NCBI GenBank assembly: GCA_051878735.1
Contig: JBJEKR010000044.1
Coordinates: forward strand, 1,412-65,411
DNA: 64,000 nt
Reading direction: 5' to 3'
Source: Prevotella sp.
Lineage (GTDB): Bacteria; Bacteroidota; Bacteroidia; Bacteroidales; Bacteroidaceae
Numbering within the stretch: the first letter of the stretch is position 1; each line of letters begins with the position of its first letter. The position numbers and the translations under genes are program-made. This document shows positions 1 through 10,273 of this stretch, piece by piece. The notes beneath the pieces were generated by a model that worked only from the letters and a program-made list of their open reading frames with translations, was not told the origin of the DNA and searched no databases.

Positions 1-1353
1 CGCCGCACAGAAAAAGGACTGTGGGAAGTGGGCGTACACATAGCCGACGTGTCGCACTATGTCACCGAAGGTTCGGTGATTGACAAGGAGGCAGTGAAGC
101 GAGCCACAAGCATCTATCTTGTTGACAGGACGATACCGATGCTGCCCGAACGCCTTTGCAACTACATCTGCTCGTTGCGTCCCAACGAGGAGAAGCTCGC
201 CTACAGCGTGATCTTCGAGATGGACGACGAGGCGAATATAAAGAGGTGGCATCTGGCACACACCGTGATAAAGAGCAACCGCCGCTATGCCTACGAGGAG
301 GTGCAGGCGATACTGGAGGAAAACGGAGTGAAGGACGGACAGGGAATGGCCGCACCACCGGCACCGAAAGAAGGCTACAAAGGCGAGAATGCCGAACAAC
401 TAATACAGCTCGACCGACTGGCAAAGAAACTGCGTGAGGCAAGATTCAAGAACGGAGCAGTGAAATTCGACCGCGAAGAGCTGCACTTCGACGTGGACGA
501 AAAGGGAAAGCCCACACGATGCTACTTCAAGAAGTCGAAGGACGCAAACAAACTGATAGAGGAATTTATGCTTATTGCCAACCGTACCGTGGCGGAAAGC
601 ATAGGAAAAGTGAAAAAGGGAACGAAGGCTAAGACGCTGCCCTACAGAATACACGACCAACCGGATCCGACAAAGCTGGAGACCCTGCGACAGTTTGTGG
701 TTAAGTTTGGCTACAAGATGAAGACATCGGGAACGAAGAATGCCATATCGAAGAACCTGAATGCACTGATGGACGACTGCGCGGGAAAGAAGGAGCAGAA
801 ACTGATTGAGACGGTGGCCCTGAGAGCGATGATGAAGGCAAAATACAGCATCCACAACATCGGACACTACGGACTGGCCTTCGACTACTACACACACTTC
901 ACCTCGCCAATTCGTCGTTATCCCGATACCTTGGTTCACCGACTGCTGACGAAATATCAGCAGGGGGGACGCTCGGCAAACAAGGACCACTACGAAGAAC
1001 TGTGCGAGCATTGCAGCGACATGGAGCTGGTGGCACAGAACGCAGAGCGCGACTCTATAAAATACAAGATGGTGGAGTTTATGGCTGACAAGATTGGCGA
1101 AGTGTATGACGCCCACATCAGCGGCATACAGAGCTACGGCATCTATTGCGAGATAGACGAGAACCACTGCGAGGGTCTCGTGTCGATGCGCGACCTCGGA
1201 GACGACTACTACGAATTTGACGAGAAGAACTACTGTCTCGTTGGCCGTCGCCACCACAACGTGTATCAGCTGGGCGATGCAGTGCGCATAAAAGTGGCTG
1301 GTGCCAATGTTGAGCGCAAGCAACTTGACTTTGTTATCGAGGATGAGAAATGA
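1..1353 (+). CDS. rnr: Ribonuclease R, 5'-truncated by window edge
   Basis: Frame is open from base 1 (RRTEKGLWEVGVHIADVSHY). RNB motifs HIADVS, IEEFM and YTHFTSPIRRYPD; C-terminal S1 domain. Confidence 0.95.
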   Translation, partial: RRTEKGLWEVGVHIADVSHYVTEGSVIDKEAVKRATSIYLVDRTIPMLPERLCNYICSLRPNEEKLAYSVIFEMDDEANIKRWHLAHTVIKSNRRYAYEEVQAILEENGVKDGQGMAAPPAPKEGYKGENAEQLIQLDRLAKKLREARFKNGAVKFDREELHFDVDEKGKPTRCYFKKSKDANKLIEEFMLIANRTVAESIGKVKKGTKAKTLPYRIHDQPDPTKLETLRQFVVKFGYKMKTSGTKNAISKNLNALMDDCAGKKEQKLIETVALRAMMKAKYSIHNIGHYGLAFDYYTHFTSPIRRYPDTLVHRLLTKYQQGGRSANKDHYEELCEHCSDMELVAQNAERDSIKYKMVEFMADKIGEVYDAHISGIQSYGIYCEIDENHCEGLVSMRDLGDDYYEFDEKNYCLVGRRHHNVYQLGDAVRIKVAGANVERKQLDFVIEDEK

Positions 1354-1997
1354 TAAGATACACTCGTAGTGAGGAACTGTGGAATTCGTGGTCACATGCG
1401 GCGGGCATAGTGCTTGGCGTGGTAGTGGGCGCGATTTTCCTTTATATGTGCTATACGGACGACAATCCGTGGGCTCGTGCCGGAGTGATACTCTATCTCT
1501 TCGGTATGCTCGCCTCGTATGCGGCATCGACCATCTACCATGCCACCCCCTTGCGCAGCAAGTGGAGGGAGAGACTGAGGAGATGGGACCATGCCGCAAT
1601 ATACTGGCACATAGCAGGCTCGTATTCGCCACTCACTCTTGTTGCCCTACGGCAGCAAGGGTATTGGGGGTGGAGCCTCTTCTCATTTGTATGGCTCTGC
1701 GCCATAGCAGGCACAATAGTGAGTTTCAGGCATCTTAAGGAGCACAGCAACATAGAGACATTCTGCTTCGTAGGCATGGGGCTGTCGGTACTCATCGCCT
1801 TCAAGCCATTGATAGACAGTGTGAGCGCAACGGCTGTGACGTGGATAATTGCCGAAGGCGTGATGTATATTACGGGAGCCATATTCTACAGCCTGAACCG
1901 GCGGCGATACATGCACTCGGTGTTCCACTTCTTCGTTCTTGCCGGAAGCATTTGTCACATCGTAGCCGTTTGGGACGTGCTGATGCTATATCTTTGA
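1350..1997 (+). CDS. Hemolysin III / PAQR family membrane protein (TrhA-like)
   Basis: EELWNSWSH, STIYH, DHAAIY..IAGSYSP and HSVFHFFV motifs; about 7 TM segments; ATGA overlap with rnr. Confidence 0.9.
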   Translation: MIRYTRSEELWNSWSHAAGIVLGVVVGAIFLYMCYTDDNPWARAGVILYLFGMLASYAASTIYHATPLRSKWRERLRRWDHAAIYWHIAGSYSPLTLVALRQQGYWGWSLFSFVWLCAIAGTIVSFRHLKEHSNIETFCFVGMGLSVLIAFKPLIDSVSATAVTWIIAEGVMYITGAIFYSLNRRRYMHSVFHFFVLAGSICHIVAVWDVLMLYL

Positions 1998-2005
1998 CCT
2001 CCCCC

Positions 2006-3055
2006 TCACTGGCGAGCTACAACCACGGCAATGGTCTTCAGCCGTAGATAATCCTCAGAAACGTATATGAGGCCGTGGTATGGATTGTCAGTTCCCCAAG
2101 AGTTTTTCATTATGTAGTAACGACGATTCCTCTCGTCGTGGGCAATTCCCACTATCGACATGCAATGGTCGTCGGTGGTGTCGTGCCTCTCAAACAGCCG
2201 TTGACGCTGCTCCTGCGACACGTCGGCATTGTCGGCGAGCGTTGCCGTTCCATCGCTGAAAGAGAACCCCGGCTCGCTGATGTCGCCTTCCCAGCAAACC
2301 CCATGACCAGATGCCACGGCACTATGGACAATGGCGACGAGGCTGTCGATGGGCACATTGCGGAAGAGATGGTGATGATGATTATCGGGAATTTCAAGAT
2401 CAATGTCGGTAAAGAACGGATGATGGGTGAAACTCGTCAGTACGGCATAGTACCTTTGCCGGCATAGGCTGCGTCCGAACTCCTCGGGAGTGTACTGTGC
2501 TCCAAGCATATAAACATAAGACGGCAACGCTCCAAGGCTCTCGTCGAGCATTGTCGAGAGGAGAGTCGTAACCGATGTGGCATTGGCGGCACAAGCAGCT
2601 CTATCAGCCAACCTCTGCGTCTTTCGTGCCAGTATGGTGCTGTTGAAGAGTGGCTTGCCTCTACCTTTAGAATAGCTGTCGAAAGGCATGGCACCATAGT
2701 CAGCCACAAGACGGAGAAGGTCGGGAGCCGTGCCAGTGTCAACTATGGTAGTGGCACCATTGGTAAGCACCCGACGCCGATACTGTTCCTCCAACATTCG
2801 CCTTAACACATATCCAGGCGAGAGATTGACGGAGTCACCACGCATGATGCGGTCGGTCTCTATTGTCGCGAGCATTCCAAATATCCAGCAGACTCCTCCC
2901 TTGCCTTGATCTTTTACTGGCGTAAAGCCATTCATCACATCGACAGAGAAGTGCCGTCCAGGCGTGTCTGCTTCTCGCTGTCTCTCGCAGGAAACAAGAA
3001 AGACGATGCAGGCAAAAATGAATATTTTGCGTACTTTTCTTGACATTGATAGCAT
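2006..3055 (-). CDS. Papain-like C1 cysteine peptidase (aminopeptidase C-like), probable lipoprotein
   Basis: KDQG..GVCW (oxyanion Q and catalytic C), DDHCM, KNSWG; lipobox FLVSC. Start moved to ATG 3055, just downstream of a TAATTTTG box at 3074-3067. Confidence 0.85.
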   Translation of the reverse strand: MLSMSRKVRKIFIFACIVFLVSCERQREADTPGRHFSVDVMNGFTPVKDQGKGGVCWIFGMLATIETDRIMRGDSVNLSPGYVLRRMLEEQYRRRVLTNGATTIVDTGTAPDLLRLVADYGAMPFDSYSKGRGKPLFNSTILARKTQRLADRAACAANATSVTTLLSTMLDESLGALPSYVYMLGAQYTPEEFGRSLCRQRYYAVLTSFTHHPFFTDIDLEIPDNHHHHLFRNVPIDSLVAIVHSAVASGHGVCWEGDISEPGFSFSDGTATLADNADVSQEQRQRLFERHDTTDDHCMSIVGIAHDERNRRYYIMKNSWGTDNPYHGLIYVSEDYLRLKTIAVVVARQ

Positions 3056-3183
3056 TTTATTAAGTGCAAAATTAGTAAAAAAAGAGTATATTGCAACATT
3101 ATGATGAAGAAAAATGCACTCCATTAGCTATAAGAAAGTAATATTTCGTGATAAAAAGACCATTAGAACACCAAAAAGGGACA

Positions 3184-3243
3184 ATATGAACAGTTTACAG
3201 TAATATGTGAATAGTTATATATGAACAAAATACTATAACTTTG
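3184..3243 (+). promoter_or_regulatory. Promoter of the TolC-HlyD-MFS operon with a 21-bp-spaced direct repeat
   Basis: TAACTTTG at 3236-3243; ATATGAACAGTT (3184) and ATGTGAATAGTT (3205). Confidence 0.55.
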
Positions 3244-3265
3244 CACCCGATTTAGAAAGACTGTT

Positions 3266-4588
3266 ATGAAAATATTATTGTTCACATTTACTTTAATGCT
3301 TTTCTTCAAACCTGTTGGGGCGCAAGAAAGGCTAACGCTGAAGCAATGCCTGAACATCGGCATTGAGAACAACCTATCGCTGAAGGTTGCAAAGGGAGAC
3401 ATTGTTAAAGGCAAGCACAACATCAGCGAGAACAGGGCACACTTGCTGCCGCAAATAAACTTTGGAGCATCGTTCAACGACAACTTCGACCCACCAGTGT
3501 CGGTCACCGACGGAACAGCCTACGGCAAGACCTACAACGTGACGAAGACACTGCAGTACAACTCGTCGGCTGCACTGCAACTGCAGATGCCTCTTTACAG
3601 CCAAACGGCACTCACCGCCATCAGCATTGCCAAGACTCTCGACCAGCTGAACCAACTGTCGTACGAGAAGGCACGTGAGGACCTAATAGTGCAGATCAGC
3701 AAGATATACTATCTCATTCAGAACACCACGGAGCAGATAACCATCGTTGGCGACAACCTGCGTCGCTTCAAGGAACTGCGTGAGATAACACAGGCTTTCT
3801 TCGACAACGGAATGGCTCTGGGAGTTGACTTGAAACGAATAAACGTGAAGATTGAAAGCATGGATGTGCAGCTCGCCAACGCACAGGCAATGCTCACCGA
3901 GCAGTACAACATGCTGAAATACATCATGGACTATCCTGCAGAACGCGACATCATCGTAGAGACAAAGAGCGTTGACAAGATTGACGATGCACAATTTTCA
4001 GGACTAAGCACGTCGCTCTACGAGTTGCAATTGATGCAGAAGCAACAGACGCTTGCCGAACAGCAGAAGAAACTGGCAAAGGACGGATATCTGCCTACGC
4101 TGGCACTGAGCGCAAACTGGGCTTACTCGGCTTACACCGACAAGTTCAAGAACTGGTTTCACTCTGGCGAGTCGAACCACTGGTATAGGTCTAACGGCAT
4201 AGGGCTGTCGCTCCGCGTCCCTGTTTTCGATGGCTTCGAGAAGCGTTCGAAAATACGCAAGGCGCAGGTTGACATCGACAACGCCAAACTCTCATACGAG
4301 AACCTGCTGAAAAACATGCAGACACAGTATGCCAACGCCGTGAACGACTTGGAGAACAACCGCCGCAACTACAACAAGCAGCGCGACAACTACCGCCTTG
4401 CTGAGGATATCTACGCCGTCACCGTTGACCGCTATCGCGAAGGCATAGTCTCGATGGTTGAGGTGCTGCAAGACGAGATGAGCATGAGCGACGCACAAAA
4501 CAACTACCTCAGCGCTCACTACAACTACCAAGTGTCAAACCTCTCAGTGCTGAAGCTGACAGGGCAACTGGAGAAGTTGATGGAGTGA
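3266..4588 (+). CDS. TolC family outer-membrane efflux protein
   Basis: Signal peptide, LTLKQCL..GIENN, two OEP repeats, LSLRVPVFDGF. Confidence 0.9.
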   Translation: MKILLFTFTLMLFFKPVGAQERLTLKQCLNIGIENNLSLKVAKGDIVKGKHNISENRAHLLPQINFGASFNDNFDPPVSVTDGTAYGKTYNVTKTLQYNSSAALQLQMPLYSQTALTAISIAKTLDQLNQLSYEKAREDLIVQISKIYYLIQNTTEQITIVGDNLRRFKELREITQAFFDNGMALGVDLKRINVKIESMDVQLANAQAMLTEQYNMLKYIMDYPAERDIIVETKSVDKIDDAQFSGLSTSLYELQLMQKQQTLAEQQKKLAKDGYLPTLALSANWAYSAYTDKFKNWFHSGESNHWYRSNGIGLSLRVPVFDGFEKRSKIRKAQVDIDNAKLSYENLLKNMQTQYANAVNDLENNRRNYNKQRDNYRLAEDIYAVTVDRYREGIVSMVEVLQDEMSMSDAQNNYLSAHYNYQVSNLSVLKLTGQLEKLME

Positions 4589-4592
4589 TGAA

Positions 4593-4675
4593 AATTAAGA
4601 ATTAAAAATTAAGAATTAAGAAACGAAGTTCGACGAAGTCAATTAAGAATTAAAAATTAAGAATTAAGAGTTAAG
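4593..4675 (+). repeat. AATTAAG/AATTAAA heptamer array with an embedded AAACGAAGTTCGACGAAGTC core
   Basis: Read directly; near-identical to 49957-50052. Confidence 0.85.
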
Positions 4676-4744
4676 GTCTGACCCTACAATCGGGAGATTC
4701 CGAGTCCATGCGGAACTTAAATAATAGTAAAAAACACAATAACA

Positions 4745-5830
4745 ATGGAAGAGAACGCAAAGCAAATGACTGCCGAGGAAAAGGCAAAGAAACTGAAGAA
4801 ACAACGTGTTAGACAGATGATAGTAAGCCTCATCGGAGTGGGAATACTCGTATGGGGCATAATAGAAGTGGTGTGCATGTTCCTCGATTTCAGAAACAAC
4901 GAGACGAGCAACGACGCACAGGTGGAGCAATATCTCTCGCCCGTGAACCTCCGCGCCACAGGATACATAAAGAAGATTTATTTTACAGAGCACCAGGACG
5001 TGAAGAAAGGCGACACGCTACTCGTACTCGACGACAGCGAATATCGCATCAGAGTGATGGAAGCTGAGGCAGCACTGAAGGATGCTATGGCAGGTAAGAC
5101 TGTGATGGGAGCGACGAAGCAGACAACGGAGAAGTCTGCCGACGTTTATGAAGCCTCGATAGCCGAGATTGAAATACGTCTTGCAAAACTGGATAAAGAC
5201 CGCCAACGCTATCAGAACCTCGTGGAGCGCAACGCCGCCACACCAATACAACTGGAGCAGATAGAAACGGAATATGCCGCCACGAAGAAGAAACTCGACG
5301 CCACACGCCGACAGCAGAAGGCTGCCTATTCGGGCGTGAACGAGGTGAGCAACCGAATAGCCAACACCGAGGCTGCCATAGAACGCGCTACGGCTGCCTT
5401 GGAAATGGCGAAGCTCAACCTTTCCTACTGCGTGGTGACAGCTCCGTGCGACGGAAAGCTTGGCAGACGCTCGCTTGAAGAAGGACAGTATATCAACGCT
5501 GGACAGACCATCACCTACATTTTGCCAGAGTCGCAGAAGTGGGTCATTGCCAACTACAAGGAGACTCAGGTGGAAAACCTCTATGTAGGTCAGAAGGTGC
5601 GCATGACGGTCGATGCACTGAGCGACCGCGAGTTTGAGGGCAAGGTGACTGCAATCTCCGGTGCCACAGGCTCAAAGTATTCACTTGTGCCCACCGACAA
5701 CTCTGCGGGCAACTTCGTTAAGATTCAGCAGCGCGTGCCGGTGCGCATCGACTTCGTCAACCTTTCTAAGGAGGACAACGCCCGTTTGGCTGCTGGAATG
5801 ATGGTGATAGTGAAAGCGGAGAGAAAGTAA
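4745..5830 (+). CDS. HlyD/EmrA family membrane fusion protein
   Basis: N-terminal TM, ETSNDAQVE, biotinyl-like hairpin, SLVPTDNSAGNFVKIQQRVPVRI. Confidence 0.92.
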   Translation: MEENAKQMTAEEKAKKLKKQRVRQMIVSLIGVGILVWGIIEVVCMFLDFRNNETSNDAQVEQYLSPVNLRATGYIKKIYFTEHQDVKKGDTLLVLDDSEYRIRVMEAEAALKDAMAGKTVMGATKQTTEKSADVYEASIAEIEIRLAKLDKDRQRYQNLVERNAATPIQLEQIETEYAATKKKLDATRRQQKAAYSGVNEVSNRIANTEAAIERATAALEMAKLNLSYCVVTAPCDGKLGRRSLEEGQYINAGQTITYILPESQKWVIANYKETQVENLYVGQKVRMTVDALSDREFEGKVTAISGATGSKYSLVPTDNSAGNFVKIQQRVPVRIDFVNLSKEDNARLAAGMMVIVKAERK

Positions 5831-5834
5831 TACG

Positions 5835-7523
5835 ATGAACAAGAATTTCCCGTTCTACGACTGGGTGCCCAAGCCTCTCGGAATCATTTTCCTGATTGTG
5901 CTTTTCATACCTATAATGACTGTCAGTGGAGTCTATTCAGCCAATAGCAGTGAGATGGTTGGGGGACTTGGCATCCAGTCAGAACATATCTCCTTCGTCG
6001 GCTTCATCACCTCTGTGGGAATGGCGGCGTTCTCGCCGTTCTTCTACACCGTGGTGTGCCTTCGCCGACAGAAGCTAATGAGCCTCATAGGATTCCCTAT
6101 ACTCATTGTGCTCAGCTATGTCTGCGCCCGCACCGAAAGCGTCTTCGTGCTTGGCCTATGCAGCCTTGTCATGGGCTTCGTGCGTCAGACATTGCTGATG
6201 ACGACCCTGTTCACGCTTATAAAATACGGCTTCCACATCGAGGCGACCAACAACCTCACGGCGGGCAACGAGCCGCTGGAGGAAGAGGGTTGGGACAAGC
6301 TCGATACGGAAAAGACCACGTCGATGCCCACCATCTATTTCTTCTTTATGGTGCTGGGACAGATAGGCACATGGCTCACGGCATGGTTTGCCTACTACTA
6401 CGAGTGGCAATATGTCTATTATGCCATGATGGCATCGATGCTCGTCGCCGTGCTCATCACACTCATTACCATGCCGTTCAATCCATATCCCACGAAGCAC
6501 CCGCCGCTGTCGTTCTCAAAGTTTGGCAATGTGGTGGTATTCTCCGCCATGTGCTGCTCCTTTATATATATAATGGTATATGGAAAGACTCTCGACTGGT
6601 ACGACGACCCGACGATACGCTGGTCAACGGTCATCTGCGTAATATCGACGCTTCTCTTCGTATATCTGGAGAAGACGCGCCAGTCGCCCTATTTTGTACT
6701 TGAGGCGCTGAAGTGGCGAAGCATTCAGGGCGGCATACTGCTCTTCCTCGGACTGATGATACTCAATTCGAGCCAGATGTTCGTCAACATCTTCGTCGGC
6801 GTGGGCATGAAGTGCGACAACCTGCAGATAGCCGAGCTTGGCAACTGGACTCTCGTTGGCTATTTCTTGGGACTGGTGTTTGCCATCTTCGCCAGTGCGA
6901 AGCATATCCATCTGAAATGGCTCTTCGCCTTGGGCTTCGTTTTCATCGGACTTTCCGCCCTCTATATGTATTTCGAGGTGCAGACCGATGGACTCTACGA
7001 GCGCATGAAATGGCCCGTAATAATCCGCGCCACTGGCATGATGCTGCTATACTCGCTCACCGCAGTATATGCCAACCAGCGAATGCCTTACCGACTGATG
7101 TCCACGTGGGTGTGCATCATGCTCACCGTGCGTATGATCATCGCTCCAGGCATTGGCTCGGCTCTCTATACCAACGTGTTCCAATACCGTCAGCAGCACT
7201 ACATCATGCGCTATGCACAGGAATACGACCGCATGAACCAGCCCGTTGCCACCAATTACGACCAGACGGCACAAGGCATGATGTATCAGGGAAAGAGCGA
7301 GACTGAAGCGCAGCAGATGGCTTCCATATCGACCAAGGGAAAGGTTCAAGTGCAAGCCACTCTGACCACCATCAAGGAAATGGCGGGATGGACAATCTAC
7401 GGTTGTCTGCTCTGTGCCTTTATCGTCGTCGCCGTTCCTTGGCCAAAGCGCGACATCAGCCGTGATACAAAGGAATGGCTCACACACAAGGTACTTACTC
7501 CACCTTCCTGGAGAGGAGAATAA
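5835..7523 (+). CDS. MFS efflux transporter (EmrB-like, Bacteroidales type)
   Basis: Many TM helices; sits downstream of TolC and EmrA-like genes. Confidence 0.8.
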   Translation: MNKNFPFYDWVPKPLGIIFLIVLFIPIMTVSGVYSANSSEMVGGLGIQSEHISFVGFITSVGMAAFSPFFYTVVCLRRQKLMSLIGFPILIVLSYVCARTESVFVLGLCSLVMGFVRQTLLMTTLFTLIKYGFHIEATNNLTAGNEPLEEEGWDKLDTEKTTSMPTIYFFFMVLGQIGTWLTAWFAYYYEWQYVYYAMMASMLVAVLITLITMPFNPYPTKHPPLSFSKFGNVVVFSAMCCSFIYIMVYGKTLDWYDDPTIRWSTVICVISTLLFVYLEKTRQSPYFVLEALKWRSIQGGILLFLGLMILNSSQMFVNIFVGVGMKCDNLQIAELGNWTLVGYFLGLVFAIFASAKHIHLKWLFALGFVFIGLSALYMYFEVQTDGLYERMKWPVIIRATGMMLLYSLTAVYANQRMPYRLMSTWVCIMLTVRMIIAPGIGSALYTNVFQYRQQHYIMRYAQEYDRMNQPVATNYDQTAQGMMYQGKSETEAQQMASISTKGKVQVQATLTTIKEMAGWTIYGCLLCAFIVVAVPWPKRDISRDTKEWLTHKVLTPPSWRGE

Positions 7524-7541
7524 CCTTTTTTTCTTACATAG

Positions 7542-7587
7542 TTTCGCCGCCATTTGACAACAGTCTATGGTGGCGAAATGTTTTTTT
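7542..7587 (+). terminator. Intrinsic terminator after the efflux operon
   Basis: TTTCGCCGCCAT...ATGGTGGCGAAA stem followed by a T7 run. Confidence 0.75.
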
Positions 7588-7676
7588 AGTAAAAACATTC
7601 GTTTTTATGCCGTTCCTCTTGTTTTTTCGCATAATTTTATTAACTTTGCCACCCAAAAAACGATAAAAGGAATAAA

Positions 7677-8405
7677 ATGAAAAAAAATGCATTAACATTC
7701 GTACTTTTGTTGACCGCCTTTAACGTTTGGTCGCAGAATTTCCAGTTACACTACGACTTCGGACGTAAGATCTACTCTGACGAGGAAGCCACTCGCCAGA
7801 CGGTGACACTAACCTACGAGCAGTTCAAGGCCGATAAGTTGGGGTCATGGTACTGGTTTGTCGATTTCGACATGTACAGCGACGGCATGAAAGGTGCCTA
7901 CACAGAAATCTCACGTGAGTTCACCTTTGCCAATCCTTCCTCGGCAGTTTCGCTTGCCGCTCACGCTGAATATGACGGTGGAATGACCACGTTCAAGAAT
8001 GGCGGAGGCAGTCGCTTCCAGAATTCAGTCCTCATCGGTCCAGCCCTCAATGGTCATAACGGCGACTTCTCCACCACATGGTCTGTGCAGGCAATGTACA
8101 AACAATATTTCAAATACTACGAAAGCTCCGCCTATGCCTCGATGCAGCTCACGGGAGTGTGGAGCACGACTTTCGCCTCAGGCAAGTGTACCTTCTCGGG
8201 ATTCATCGACCTCTGGCGCGGCGAAAAGTCGAACGGTCACGGGCAGCTCGTGCTCCTTACTGAACCCCAGCTCTGGTACAACATCGACAAGCATTTCTCC
8301 CTCGGCACCGAGATAGAAATCAGTGACAACTTCATATTTCCTGAGAACATAACCGACAAATCCTTCTATGTCAATCCGACCTTGGCAGTGAAATACAACT
8401 TCTAA
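7677..8405 (+). CDS. DUF5020 family outer-membrane beta-barrel (Tsx-like)
   Basis: Signal peptide, QNFQLHYDFG, alternating beta strands, C-terminal Phe; TAACTTTG box at 7641-7648. Confidence 0.75.
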   Translation: MKKNALTFVLLLTAFNVWSQNFQLHYDFGRKIYSDEEATRQTVTLTYEQFKADKLGSWYWFVDFDMYSDGMKGAYTEISREFTFANPSSAVSLAAHAEYDGGMTTFKNGGGSRFQNSVLIGPALNGHNGDFSTTWSVQAMYKQYFKYYESSAYASMQLTGVWSTTFASGKCTFSGFIDLWRGEKSNGHGQLVLLTEPQLWYNIDKHFSLGTEIEISDNFIFPENITDKSFYVNPTLAVKYNF

Positions 8406-8530
8406 ACGCCCTGTCTTTTTCTTATGGAAACCTTACAGAGTTGCCACATTAAAAAAAACTCTATTTTGGTTTGCATTGTCGGTATTTTTGTTTACCTTTG
8501 CACTTAGAAATATTTTAATACTATTTTATT

Positions 8531-10021
8531 ATGGAACAGAAACTATTGATTTACAATACACTGAGCCGTACAAAACAGCTCTTCGAGCCAATACACGCCC
8601 CCAACGTAGGCATGTATGTCTGCGGTCCTACCGTTTATGGCGACCCACATCTGGGACACGCCCGCCCTGCCATCACCTTCGACGTGCTCTTCCGCTATCT
8701 GAAGCATATCGGCTACAAAGTGCGCTACGTCCGCAACATCACCGACGTGGGACACCTTGAGCACGATGCTGACGAGGGCGACGACAAGATAGAGAAGAAG
8801 GCTCGTCTGGAACAGCTGGAGCCAATGGAGATAGCGCAACACTACACCAACCGCTACCACGAAGCCATGAAGGCACTCAACGTGCTGCCACCAAGCATCG
8901 AGCCACACGCCACCGGACACATCATCGAACAAGAAGAGCTGGTGAAGGAAATCCTTGCCAACGGATATGCCTACGAAAGCAACGGCAGCGTGTATTTCGA
9001 CATTGAAAAATACAACCGCGACCACAAATACGGCATACTTTCGGGACGAAACCTCGACGACGTAATCAACAACAGCCGCGAACTTGACGGCGTGGGAGAG
9101 AAACGCAACCAAGTGGATTTCGCCCTATGGAAGAAGGCGCAGCCTGAACATATCATGCGCTGGCCAAGCCCCTGGAGCGACGGCTTCCCCGGATGGCACT
9201 GCGAGTGCACGGCTATGGGACGAAAGTATCTCGGCAAGCAGTTCGACATTCACGGCGGCGGCATGGACCTCGTGTTCCCTCACCACGAATGTGAGATAGC
9301 ACAGGCTGTGGCAAGCCAGGGAGAGCCGATGGTGAAATACTGGATGCACAACAACATGATAACCATCAACGGACAGAAGATGGGCAAGTCGCTGGGCAAC
9401 TTCATCACCCTCGAACAGTTCTTCACCGGCAATCACGAACTGCTGAAACAGGCGTTCAGCCCAATGGCAATACGCTTCTTCATTCTCTCCGCACACTACC
9501 GCGGCACCGTTGACTTCTCTAACGACGCCCTCGTGGCAAGCGAGAAGGGACTGGAGCGACTGATGAACGGACTCGCCGACCTCGACCGCATACAGCCACA
9601 GGCTGACTGCGACGCTGAGACGAAGAAAATGGTGAAGGAACTGCGCCAAAAGTGCTACGATGCCATGAACGACGACCTCGCCACTCCACTTGTCATAAGC
9701 CACTTGTTTGAAGCTTGCTCCACCGTCAACAAGCTGCTCGACCACAAGGCGACAATCTGCGCCGAATGTCTCGACGAACTGCGTCAGACCATGCGCCTCT
9801 TCGCCTTCGACATTCTCGGCTTGACCGACCAGAAAGGCAGCAGCAACGAAGCCCGCGAAGAAGCCTTCGGCAAGGTTGTCGATATGGTTCTCGAACTCCG
9901 CTCTAAGGCTCGCGCCAACAAGGATTGGGCAACGTGCGACCAAATCCGCGACGCCCTTAAAGCAGCAGGGTTTGAAGTAAAAGACACAAAAGACGGCTGC
10001 GTCTGGAAGTTGAACGTATAA
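8531..10021 (+). CDS. cysS: Cysteine--tRNA ligase
   Basis: [37 protein letters not shown]. Confidence 0.98.
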   Translation: MEQKLLIYNTLSRTKQLFEPIHAPNVGMYVCGPTVYGDPHLGHARPAITFDVLFRYLKHIGYKVRYVRNITDVGHLEHDADEGDDKIEKKARLEQLEPMEIAQHYTNRYHEAMKALNVLPPSIEPHATGHIIEQEELVKEILANGYAYESNGSVYFDIEKYNRDHKYGILSGRNLDDVINNSRELDGVGEKRNQVDFALWKKAQPEHIMRWPSPWSDGFPGWHCECTAMGRKYLGKQFDIHGGGMDLVFPHHECEIAQAVASQGEPMVKYWMHNNMITINGQKMGKSLGNFITLEQFFTGNHELLKQAFSPMAIRFFILSAHYRGTVDFSNDALVASEKGLERLMNGLADLDRIQPQADCDAETKKMVKELRQKCYDAMNDDLATPLVISHLFEACSTVNKLLDHKATICAECLDELRQTMRLFAFDILGLTDQKGSSNEAREEAFGKVVDMVLELRSKARANKDWATCDQIRDALKAAGFEVKDTKDGCVWKLNV

Positions 10022-10064
10022 TTGGTACGTTGAAGGTTTAAATTGAACTTTCAACCTTAAAAAC

Positions 10065-10142
10065 TAACATAACAACAAAACAATGGGCTAAGTAAGGGCG
10101 TTTAGTGCTTAACTTGTGTGCCATTGTTTTGTTGTTATGTTA
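10065..10142. repeat. 22-bp perfect inverted repeat between convergent cysS and the HD gene
   Basis: TAACATAACAACAAAACAATGG (10065-10086) and its reverse complement (10121-10142). Confidence 0.8.
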
Positions 10143-10273
10143 AGTAAGTTGTTAAAGTCAGGAACGGTGTAGCTTCGCTATTGCTTTGTTTAGGCTTGTT
10201 TTATATATGCTCGCAAAGCGAAGCCACAGCGAAGGAAAGGCGAAGGAAGGGCAACCTTCAATGTTCAACTTTC

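Noticed and set aside
400-1632. 410-aa antisense ORF, and similar long shadow ORFs at 9125-10054, 24960-26054, 43085-43870, 45582-46583, 48802-49641, 51095-51964 and 57666-58721
   Set aside because: They lie opposite well-supported genes and show no recognisable motifs; such ORFs are expected from codon bias.
3129-3143. 12/15 match to the mannan operator motif (TATAAGAAAGTAATA)
   Set aside because: Wrong distance from the -7 box, AT-rich context and unrelated genes.
4593-4675. Repeat-spacer-repeat look resembling a mini CRISPR
   Set aside because: The units are 7-bp microsatellites, the apparent spacer recurs identically elsewhere, and there are no cas genes.
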